NCBI GenBank assembly: GCA_040954595.2
Contig: CM082596.2
Coordinates: 2,966,656 to 3,030,655 of the forward strand
Origin: Balanoglossus misakiensis
Taxonomy: Eukaryota > Animalia > Hemichordata
Direction: 5' to 3'
DNA length: 64,000 nt
The translations under genes and the position numbers were made by a program. Of this stretch, positions 45,315-56,953 are shown piece after piece; position 1 is the first letter of the stretch, and each line of letters begins with the position of its first letter. The notes under the pieces were generated by a model that was not told where the DNA came from, searched no databases, and saw only the letters and a list, made by a program, of their open reading frames with translations.

Positions 45315-48300
45315 TGTATGTATGTATGTATGTATGTATGTATGTATGTATGTATGTATGTATGTATGTTTTTAGTACTCAATCAACATAATCTGCATGG
45401 CCACGACTTGTATAACATAAAAGTGATTCCCATTAAAGCAACATTGTCACTGTCTTTGAATATTTTTAGTCATTTTTGTTTGATACAAAAAGCTGTCTGT
45501 ACTTTTTGACTTTGAAACATGCTTAAATACGGGTCAACTGTAAACAATTGCCACTCTGCTGGTAGACAGACTTGATTAAACGTTCGACGAAAGATTTCAG
45601 GACAGGCGGGTACCTAAAAACCATGGAGGGAAATGTCTGAATGCATGCTGGTACATAAGGATTAGGCTGCTGCGGGTGGGTCTACTGATATCTCAATTGA
45701 CAGTGCCTATTATATAGATAAAGATAACAGTTTATACTAGTACTAGTACGTGGCAATGTTTATTTGCTCTTGGGAAACGAAGCTTGTATGGGCGTAGGCA
45801 TAACTTAAAGAGGTCACAAGCAAATGAATATGTCTTTGCATACAGCGATACAAGTAAATGTTTATTTTCATTATTTTGTATACTGAGGCTTTATGCAAGC
45901 ATTACAGTCATTTGACAAGAGCAACTTTGTCCCTTTAACCAGTAGAGTGTTTATGTATCCAAATAAAACATCACATTATTTGCAGTCATTATACACTATT
46001 ATTATACATCTAGTGCCGAGAACAATAGATTTTGGCGTGCAATAAAAAGCCGTACGGAACGGTACGTACGGAACGCGCGTTAAATAAGCCTTAGTTTCAA
46101 GGCGCCCCAAACTCACCGTGTACAGGTATGCGCTGTTATGCGGACGGTTTCAAGGCGCCCCCACTCCAACGCACGTGCGCACACGTAAACAAAAAAGAAA
46201 GATGTCTGCTCACTGAGTCAACTGAACGGTTTTCGATCGATTGTATCGGCATTTTGGCCGTTTTGAAAGCCAAGTAACATGCAAAACAAGAACTAACGGA
46301 GATGTAAGATGTATAATAATAAGGTTATTACGAAAATACCGCAAAGTATGCACTCGGACATTAGCGCAGCGCATCGCCCTCCGCTACGCGTCGGGCGATA
46401 CTCAGCGCTAATGTCCTCGTGCATACTTTGCGGTATTTTCGTAATAACCTCATAGTATGTTCTACTTGGCTGCTTCCAATTAAGTAAATGACTTCTAGAC
46501 TGACAATCACTAATAATATATAGCACATGTCATAGCGTTGCACAAAAGACAGTGTATACAACAAGCGAGTCATATAATCATTTTACATTTAGGCCTTTCA
46601 ACAGTTTTCAAATAGTCCTAGGTATAAATGAAGACCAATATCCGCCCGAAAATGAATTAATCATCTTATCAGAATCTGAAAGGGTCATTGCTGTAGCTTT
46701 TGGCTTTCTTCCCAATATTTGTTCTGTGTATCAAATTCAATTTCTTGCTCTACTCCAAACAGTACGCTATACCCAGTACTTCACTTGTTAAGTATGTGCA
46801 TGTGTTATGGCCATTGTTATTCAAGTTGGTGAAAAATACATTCTAGTCTGGACTTGAATTCAAATTTTGCACAATAACAATGCTGACTTATGGCACCATA
46901 ACCCTTCATTATAATTGAAAACTTCACAGGTTTAACAAGAGGCAGAGCGCTCAAATTCGATCAAACTTGTGAATCACACGTAATATTCTGCAACGAGATA
47001 CCCATTCCTGGTATGCAGATGATGTCCGCATGCTTTTGGGTCAAGATACAAGGCAGTGATGGCCAGCAACACACCTTCGTATCATACAAAACTGACATGA
47101 GCGACAATGAGATTCTCTTGACGTATATACAAGATCCCAATACACCTAATTGGCTTTCATTTATACATGCTAATAAATACGTGTTGAGCAAAGAAGAAAG
47201 TGTGAATGAATGGGCGTTCTTCTGTTTAACTTGGGACAACACAGACCTTTTCCTGAACGGGCTACGTTTCGAACACACCGTTCCCCCACAACCTAGAGAC
47301 ATTAAAGGTGGAGGCTCTCTCATACTTGGTCAAGACCAAGACAAAGACGGCGACGATACACTATGCCCGGCCAATCAGAATTATCCGTTCGAGGAAAACG
47401 AAGCATTCAAAGGCTACATGGCTGATTTTAGCCTCTGGAATCGAGTCATCAGTGGGCAAGAAATGGAAGAGATGATGCTTGATACGTGTGGGATGTCCTA
47501 CAATGATGCCATAATATCTTGGGTGAACACACCAGTACAATTAGAAAAAGTTTACGAAATGGCTCTAAACGATCGAAACATTAAATGTAAGTTTACACCT
47601 ATGGTCATATAAGGCTAATTAAAGTAGCATATTGTGACTTAGAATTGTTCAATATATCACTTTCGCATATTTCATATTTTGCTCTGTTATCAGGAGGACT
47701 GTTTGTTGTACCTAGCCCGTTATCCGTGAATAATTATTTTCTCTTCTTTGGTTTAAAACGTTCACATTTGGTATAGAGTACCTAGGGATAATGTAAAGTC
47801 ACGTTTGTTAACACTGTGATGAAACATGCAATATAAATGTATTGTATTTAAGGAATAGCTTTTCATTTGTAATGACACATTTATCATCAGTTTAAATTTT
47901 CTTACCAGGTATGGAGAATGTTGCCTTTGAGAAAACCGTAATAGGGCTAGGGGTGTGTTCAAATGGAGGCAATTGTGATTTGAGTAATCTCGTTGATGGA
48001 ATTAAGGACACGTGTGTTTCTCAAACTGGTGGTGAACCTCTGGCCGCAAAGGTTGATCTAGGAGCATTCTATCACATACGCAGAATTGCCATCTCCATCG
48101 AAGGAGGTGTGTATAGAGTTCATGTTCAAAATGACGTACTCACTCGATCGCTGTCGACAGTACCGGTACATTGACTACATGTACTTTTTTGACAGTTTGA
48201 CAACTCAACAAAACATGACATATTGCCCGCGGAAACCGTTGCGAATAACACAAAACTCACGGTTCATACTTTTGATTATAGGTAACAGTGGTGTCACCAC

Positions 48301-51300
48301 CATTGTCATTGATCCTAGTCCGGAGAACCAAATCACCACCGCTGTCATTAGTCCAGAGAACCTGCAAGCAGTCGACTGTCCAACGGGAGGCGACGGAGGA
48401 TTTAATCACCCTGATTCAGCGTATTTGGTTTTTTGGTGTTATTATGCCATTGGTCAGTACATCAAGGTTGACATTAATCATGACGGTGACGTTTGCGACT
48501 TACTAGTACAAGGAGGTGAGTTCAGTAAACAATGTGCGTTAACGACTTTTCAAGCGAGGAATATTAAATTTTAATTACAAAATTCAACATCTTTGTTGCC
48601 ATCACTAACTAAAGTGTCCACAATTGAAGTACCATTTCACGGGTTGACGTCCATGTACTGGTAATACTCAATTATGCGATTTCATCAAGGACTCAATTAT
48701 TTATCTATATTGCCTAAACCAAATAGATAGCGACTCTCACAATTATAGTTTGTTGATGTGTACAGTGTAGGTTCGCTACCATTGGTTGCATTGGTTTGTG
48801 TTATCTGTCGATTGCAGAGTTCCTCTACAACTGCACTGGCTATAGAAATATCTCTGACGTGACCCTGCTGGGTCAACCAACTGGCCAACTATGGTGGAGT
48901 ACACCCCCAATAACAACTGGGCCTCATCCTGTGCTGTGTGATCATCAACAAGGGCATCATTTTGAAATTGGAACAACCATAGAATCCTGCAGACAATATG
49001 ATGGCCTCAGACAACATTTTGACTGTTCCTTCAAGGCCACAATTCGTGGTGAGTGCTACGTACCATAATGAACAGCGTACGTGACACCAGGACAAACATA
49101 ATATGCTAATTCTACTGGGATTCAATTACCGGTAGGATACCGAATCGTTAAACCCTGGCCCACAAGTAGGGAACATCAGATGTTCGAGTTTACATTTCCA
49201 CTAGAAGCAGTTTCAGGGCTAATTTTACTTCCATTTAATTGCTTATAATCCTTTAACCACAATGGTTTGGTCCATATCCATTGTTTTCTATGGTAGAGTT
49301 GAACCTCTGTAGGGGCATTGGGGGTGAAAGGATTAAAAGTTTGTGTTAGATGTTTATCTGAACACGACCACCCATTTATCCGGGGTTGTGTGACAGAGCA
49401 TTTCAAGGTAATGGCTCTATTTTCTATTCACAGATGAGGAGAATCCTTTGATTACATCAAGTTGCAGCAACATAGATGCGCCGTTGTCTCCCCCCTCAGC
49501 ACCATGCACGTGCGTTTTTTGGGAGGAGCCCATCGCGCAAGACAACTCTGGTGACGTTGCAGTGAACGCCAGCGCCAAACCTGGAGACTGTTTCCCACGG
49601 GGTACAACAGAAGTGACGTACGAGTTCCGCGACCCGTCAGCCAATCAAGTGGCGTGCTCTTTTAACGTGACCGTTGGAGGTAAACGCAAACAGAACAAAC
49701 CTTGCAACTTTAACCGATAAACCCCACATTACACGACGGTCAAGGATTTGTATTTACTCATCGATTGCAATGGCATTGCGTGGAAAAAATATTTTCATAT
49801 TTTGGATAGTTTGGAAACGTTATTTATGAAATTTCGGATGCAAGTTTTTGAGTCATTACATAGTTGGCATCTCCCAAACTGGTCGACCTGTTCAAAATGA
49901 TGACAAATAGTTTACAAAAGTCCTGAGAATTAGACTCTCAATATAATTCGGATGCTTACCATTGCTATCTTTGCCTCCGCATAGGGCCATGTTCTCTGGT
50001 ACTCAGGCGTGGTAATTCCGTTTGGAATGGAACTGTTCTCCACGGCAAAACTGTGACGGCCTCCTGTCGTCATGGATGGAAACCTGATAAAGCACAAGGA
50101 GTCGAATGTTATGATGGCGAACTGAATGGAACGATGCCAATCTGTGTTGGTCTGTAACATTCATTCAGAGATTCCCTGTGTGTAGGAAGACCAATTGGCA
50201 TATCTGCCTGCCAAAGTTAACCCACAGTGGACCATTTTCAAAACTGCATGAGATCTTACGAGATCTCAAGTGGCTTAATTGGCAGTTTATATATGACGGT
50301 ATTCTCATGAGACACAGGACAAACAGCACATTTTGCCCCGTCGTTTTAAACGGCACTTATTAAGTTCCAATTGTTGTTAAACTCTGCACTTATTCTAGTT
50401 TCATACAAATTTAATTTGTTTTAGTAAATGCTGGCGACATTCATTTACATAACGTACGTTATTCACAGACAGATTGAGTAAACCTAACCCAGTTCTAATA
50501 ATAATCTCTTAATTATTTTAGATATCAACGAATGCTTGGAGAATACGCACGACTGTGCTGTCTTCAAGGGAACGGAATATTGCGAGAACAATATTGGGAG
50601 CTATACATGCACATGCGTCTCATATTACAAGAGAGTTGGGGAAAGTTGTCTGCCTGATGTTTTGAATGAAGGCGATACAACATCTACATGTACCATCGGT
50701 AAGTACACTTGCATGTTTTTAGTCTGTTCGCAATCATAGTTCTATATTGTGATGCATCTTTACAATTACATATTCCACAGGGGCATCTGACCTGTTCTGT
50801 CCGGATCTGACTGACGAGAATGGTATTTTGTGGTCTAAAACAAAGTATGGTTGCACCTCTGACTGGCAGCGTTGCCCCAGCGGCACAAAAGGCATGGAGA
50901 GTTTCATTTTTTTTCAGTTTCATTTGAAGAGGATTGAGTAAGGGATAAGTCCCATAATTCCCTTTTTAATAATCAACACACAATATGAACACAATACATC
51001 AAGATAAATAATGCATGTGCTACTTAACACTAAATGGTAGATTTCGTGTCGTTTAGGTCTGTATCGTCGAAAGTGTGACTGGCTTGGACAGTGGATCGAA
51101 GGTGAAACAACGTATTGTCAGTCAGAAGTCTTATCCGAGATCATGAAAGAGGCAAGTTCAATTAACCCCTGTTCAAAATTCCTTTTGTACCATTTATCTC
51201 GAATGTTGTTCATTCTTACTACAATTGCTTTCATCCATAGTGTGCTATTGGGGACAACACGAGTATTATTAACTAGAGGCTCTACCATTCTCTAAGTCTA

Positions 51301-51581
51301 AGGAACATATTAGCTGGCATGCATAATGTACGTGTGTTTATAATGTGCGTGATAATTTCTACTACTCTCAAATGCACAGACTCAAGACGTTAACTCAACC
51401 GACCAAGCCAGTGAGGTGCTTGGTGCCACCGCAGGGTTCTTGTCTGGCGGGAACATTGCTGTCGGTGGTGACCTTCTTCTGGTCATGAAAATTCTTCATC
51501 AAATGGAGGAAAGCAATCCGATGGCCATGAGTGAACCCGTCGAAATTAAACAGCAATACCTAGAAGTGAGACCGATTATTC

Positions 51582-51672
<91 letters not shown>

Positions 51673-54600
51673 GCTATCTGACTGACTGTCTGTCTATCTC
51701 TATCTGCATATCTCTATCTGTCTGTCTTTTTCTTTCTTTCTTTCTTTCTTTTTATTCTGTGTTGCTCTGAGAAATAGTTTGCTTATCCACAAGCTGAAGC
51801 AGAACTGATTTATGTACATAATATTCCCATGTTATCGCAGGAATATGTGAAAACGGCGAACCATCTTCTAGCCGCTGACAAAGAAAGGCACTGGCTGGCA
51901 ATTCACGAGGTATGTACAGTGTGTTTCATGAAAAGTTTGTGTGAAGTTGACCGAACTTTACACTGTGGCCGAGGTTTTAGAGGTTCCACGTTATTTTGCA
52001 GGCACTGGGCTTAGACAAAGGCTCCATCGGCGTTTTTGAAGCCCTTCAAGTATTTGGTGACCACCTGATTGCTCATTTGCAGAGGGAAAATCTGACTGCG
52101 TACATGAAATATGACACTATCGGTAAACAATAGCAAGACTTGTTATTATAGGGACTAAATGTCTCCAATGATGTTAAACAATCAAAGTTTTTTTTTAAGT
52201 TTTTTAAAAATTTATTTCCATAGAAGTTTTTATACAGATTTTTTAAAGATTCGATAGGAGAGATAATCTTAAACGGACAAGATATACAAACACCTACTAC
52301 AAACTGTATTAGGTTACTCAATTGTGTGTGTGTGTGGTAATGACAAATACTAAAAAGGGACCTGCCTTCTATACTTTCTATAATCTAATTAATTCCAATG
52401 TTTTCGCTCTTGAAGAATATCAAGCTTTCCCAACCCAGAAGGTGAACGTCGAAATGGATTCACTGGCCGTGCACACATCCCATGTTCAAGATCGACAAAG
52501 AAGGAATGCTGAGAATTCACCAGATGGATTAAATGTACAACTGACCACAGACTTGACATTAAAGTCAGACGTATTCGCCAACACTTCTGGTAAGTATGTA
52601 CCAGGCAGGAAGTGACGATGTTGTTACCAACGCCAGCATCCATGACGATCTCCTTGTTCTCATTATCTATCATCAGTTGTCATGGTGTTATTGATGCATG
52701 CATAATTCCTCTGTGTTTAATATTAAATGAGTTTAATCTAGAGATCATGTAGGCCTATTAACTTCCATCCCTTTATGTTGTCATTAGACGTTTCTGTCGT
52801 CGTTGCCTTTGTCTATCATAACCCCGCTGACGTTCTCCCGGTCAAGGCGAAAAGGTTAGTAAAAACTGTGGCATGTACACAGTACTTGGACTTATACCCA
52901 GAGTCACCCCCATCACCACACACGCCTATACTAACTAATGTGGAAAACCTGACGTGAAAGTTAATTATGACGCATGCGCTGTTCAGTGGACTCAGGGTAC
53001 AGACACATAAAGGGACATGTGACATTTCCGGCACCACTTTTTATGCACAATTCCGCGTAAATTCTATCTGTTTCACTGTGGAAATACAAGATAAATTCCT
53101 TACACCTTAATACAATTACATGAAAAATTCAACGTTCCCTGTGTATGTATTATTGATATTTCAGCACAGTGGAGAGACAGTTTGTCACATCTGTGACTGC
53201 CACCAAGAAAATACAGAAAGTGAACAGCCCAGTTGTGTCTGTCAGGATGTACAGTGGTGGCAGAGTTTCCGAGAAAAAAGAATCTATGATTCTGAAGATT
53301 CCACACAAGAAGGTAAGTCACATCTTACCGAGAGTTTATATAATTTATTGGCGACGTTTTTGTTTGTGTTTTCTAAATCGATGGAGACGTTTTGACCTAA
53401 TTAGATATGCAATTCTGAAGGAGCAACTTAAAACAAAAATGACCCACTAATAGACCATTTCTCAAACTCCACGAGACTCCGCGAGATCTCGCGTGGCTAG
53501 GCAGTTTATATGGGAGGACATTCTCATGCCACACTCGACAGACAACATATCGTCCATCCTGTTTAAATGACACAAAATTACAATTTTTCTCATATTTTCA
53601 GCCTGGTTATGATCCAATGTGTGCAACAATGCGATTCAATACACTCCCACGGTGAGTATAATAACAGTGTGTATTAAAGTCTCTTGTCAGAATCACAAAT
53701 GCAGGTTAGTTTTCTTCCAATGATGGCCTCACACTATGCGGATATGAATGTAATATTACAGGCTGATTTGAATATTTTTTACTCCTCCAAATAAATATCT
53801 GTCTTGTCAGGGTTTGGAAATACGATGAATGTACTCTGATTGGGTCACAATCCGGTGCAGACTACACGTCATGCAAATGTCCCCAACCAACCATCGTTGC
53901 TGTCGTCACCACCATGGGTGGGGAACCAGTGGTAAATATCCAATACATTGTCTTGTACTTGAATTGCCACTTAGTAATTCCCCTGACCCCTTGAATTGAA
54001 ATAGAAGTGAATGATAGGGATCGTAATATAGCCAATGGTAACATTAACTGTATGGAACTTTCTTACAGCCGTTCCTGATCGCTGCAAGAGACCCCCTCAT
54101 CGGCATCGCTAATGGTCTTTCTTTTCTACTGACCATGGCATCTGTTGTACTCCTCTTTCTATCTGGGTAAGTCAATCAGTGTTAGTACTTGGCGCAAGAG
54201 GCAGAGAGCCTCAGCCTTCGCTTCAGAGGATAAATATAAGAGAACCGGTATGTGGCAAAGAAAAAATGGCACTGCTGCTAAAACTGAACTCAAGTGACTT
54301 GAGACAATCAATAAAATAAAAATATAGTAGTACATTGTACTTGAGCCAGTTTCAGACTTGTATACACGCATATATGTAATTTTTGTTTTCTTTTATTGCA
54401 GTTTGAACACGGATCAGTACTATGTGATTCGCCATTACACAATTACGTTCTTGCCAATGCATTTGTTTGTTTGTCTTGGATTAGCAGCAAGCAATACAGT
54501 GGTAAGTTCATGCAATAAAAGTGATCAGTTTGTTCAAGTTATTATAAGAAAAGGACACAAGCCAGCAAACAGTCAGCAAGTCAATCAGTAAATCAATACA

Positions 54601-56953
54601 TCGATCAATCAATCCCAAGTACAATAGCTTTTGTTACCATGAATTAGGTGCCGAATAAATGTAATTTGCATTTTATAGGTTAACAACATATCCACGGCCA
54701 TGATCCAGTTCTCATTCCTTGCCACTAATGCCTGGACATTGAATCTGGCAATCGAATCGTACAGAAGACTCGCTTGCTACAGACACACCAGCAAGTATGG
54801 AAAGTAGGTAGTTAATGTTGGCTCATAATTAACTCTTCCAGTGCCATGATTGGTAGTTATACAGTTACAACGTGTCTTGGCAAAGGATGCGTAACCTGGT
54901 AGCACTTGTTTTGATGAATGATTGGCCATGGGAGAGCTTTTGTGGTCCCTTTGCAAATGTCGACGGCAGCAATGCATCATAGTTTAATTCTAGGTGGCTA
55001 TGAGGTTTAATTTTTTTCATTTGTCCTAAAATTGTCTTAATTGCAGGGTGATGTATTTCATCAATGGTTGGGTCTTACCCTTAGCTGTAACACTGATTTC
55101 CTTATGGATAAAAGTGGAAGTATACAAAGAAAGAGACAGGTAGGTATAGGTATAATAAACAAACCTCTGGATCAGTTTCATTGCTTTTATAACACTGTAA
55201 AACCTACATCCCCAGCATCTCAATGTTCCACATATATCATTATTATTTGCAGATTTTGGTTCCCATTGGTGCCTTACATTATGGTGCCATGTGCTGTCAT
55301 TGTAATATTGATGAATCTGGTGAGTTGCATGTTCATATCAGAATTATTGTTTTATTGATTTTGGCAGCCAATTTATTGCTTGATTAATTATACGTTGAAT
55401 GACTGATCGATTGACATACTGACTAATGTATACTAGTATGTAGTGGTGGAGTTGTAATTTGTTGTTGTTTTGTTGGTTGCTTTTGGTATTTCAACCAATG
55501 TTTACTTTTGAATTTCACAGACCAGCATTGCCCTTCTTATCCTGACGAAGCGAGAATTTGACCGGGAAAGACGATATTATGAATCCGAAGAGTGGCAACA
55601 TTACTGGTAGGTTGTAATGTTTAAATTTTGGGGGCTGACTTCCTGAGTTGCCATGGTAACGATGGCTATTTGCATAGGTGACAGCTTTAATACCTCGTGT
55701 ACCAGATTTGTAATAAAATGTTGCATCTTTTTTTGTCGGTGACAGGGAAGGGCTGCGGACAATAATGATATCTTTGCCTGCCACAATACTGACATGGTTG
55801 ATTGGAACATTGGCTTGTAACAGTGGTGACCTAATTCCTGGGTATGCCTTCATAGGGGCTTCAATCAGCCTGGTATGTAGGAGGGGCTATGTAATATCAA
55901 TTGTAACACACCTCATATGTAATCTCTGCTGTGATTGGTCAATGTGAAGTCACATGGATGAGTTACCAGTCAACAGTATTTTGAACTGTTGCCTGGCCTT
56001 GCTTGGTTCTTTTTTTAATTTAAACTGCCTGAGTAAAAACTGCCCGAGTGAAAACTGCCTGAGTGAAATGGTTGAGGCATGTTACAAAAGACATATTGAC
56101 TGACCACATTTGGGTAACTGCATGATATGTTTTTGTGAAGAAAGTAAACGTGTTCGAAATGATGAAGCACATTTTTCAAACACCATAATATTATACCCCG
56201 TTTGTATTTCGCTATGTTGTTTTTTCCAGGGTCCATGGACCTTCTTGGCTATCTGCGCAAACAACGTGGAGGTAAGGAAAACACAATAAAATCTTCTTTT
56301 AAAACAGTAATGGTTATCAGAATGTTGGCCCAAATGAAACGCTGTTTGCCTTGAGCAATCTATGCATGCCCATGTCATAAGTGATTCGAAAATGAGAGCA
56401 CATTCAAAGTCTTTATTCCTCAGGGGTTGATGAAATATAGTCTTAAAGATTGCACAGTTTTGTGAATAGCATGAAATCTTAGCGCCTTCCCACCCCCACC
56501 CCCACTGACAGTGTATAAACCTGCATGAAAACAAACTGACTGTCCTAATTCTCATTCAGCTGCTGGTGGCGATCAGGGTGAACCGCGGGAGAGACGTTGA
56601 CGAAAAAGAGGCCATGGTAGAATATAAGGAGATAGAGCATGCACGATTCGATGCCAGGAGAGTCAACAGGGACGAGGCAGCGGAAGTCCAAAAACAGAAA
56701 AACCAGGAAGAATTCGAAATGAACCAACGGAGGCAACGGATCACAGGTTTATTCCATGTGGTAAGTGTTTTCCGCAACCATCAATGGATACAAATGTGTG
56801 TCTGTTTTTCTTCCCAATCTATTTCTGTTGCTACTTTATATCAATTGGGAATGGTATTGCAGTGACAGAGATATTGTTTTCATTTGGGTACATTTTGACA
56901 TATCTTTGATTTTTTTTATATATATACAGGCTAGCAAAGCGAAGAGCATGTAA
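44987..56953 (+). CDS. Adhesion-GPCR-like receptor, paralog B (about 1379 aa, 28 exons): same architecture as paralog A but without the beta-propeller exon
   Basis: Exons 44987-45113, 46930-47586, 47909-48106, 48282-48515, 48818-49048, 49434-49679, 49985-50149, 50522-50698, 50781-50891 (probable GC donor), 51057-51151 (GC donor), 51380-51565, 51841-51909, 52002-52122, 52416-52589, 52788-52854, 53165-53312, 53602-53651, 53811-53931, 54069-54166, 54402-54501, 54679-54803, 55047-55139, 55253-55319, 55521-55606, 55746-55872, 56230-56271, 56560-56760, 56930-56953. Joined length is 4140 nt and open. Exon phases and most exon lengths match paralog A. Confidence 0.87.
45285..45368. repeat. (TATG)21 microsatellite
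   Basis: Perfect tetranucleotide run in intron 1 of paralog B. Confidence 0.97.
45997..46450. mobile_element. Non-autonomous MITE-like element with nested inverted repeats and a long hairpin
   Basis: A 15-bp inverted repeat, tattattatacatct (45997-46011) / agatgtataataata (46307-46321), is followed at once by a hairpin at 46322-46450 with a perfect 32-bp outer stem. Confidence 0.65.
49246..49335. mobile_element. About 90-bp MITE-like element with short terminal inverted repeats
   Basis: taatcctttaacc ... ggtgaaaggatta (12/13 inverted match); the right end is in a TTAA context. Confidence 0.45.
50230..50355 (+). mobile_element. Short interspersed palindromic repeat, copy 3
   Basis: gaccattttcaaaactgcatgagatcttacgagatctcaagtggct...ggcagtttatat...ttctcatg...; aligns by eye with 53451-53574. 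Confidence 0.6.
51582..51672. repeat. (CTAT)n microsatellite
   Basis: About 22 CTAT units in an intron of paralog B. Confidence 0.97.
53451..53574 (+). mobile_element. Short interspersed palindromic repeat, copy 4
   Basis: tagaccatttctcaaactccacgagactccgcgagatctcgcgtggctaggcagtttatat...; contains the perfect 14-bp palindrome CGCGAGATCTCGCG. Confidence 0.65.
56022..56068. repeat. 15-nt minisatellite, three copies
   Basis: aaactgcc(t/c)gagt(a/g)a repeated three times. Confidence 0.8.

Noticed and set aside
44987-56953. Paralog B as an uncollapsed haplotype or assembly duplicate of A, or as a pseudogene
   Set aside because: Introns are unalignable, many exons are strongly diverged, the exon content differs and the joined frame is intact.
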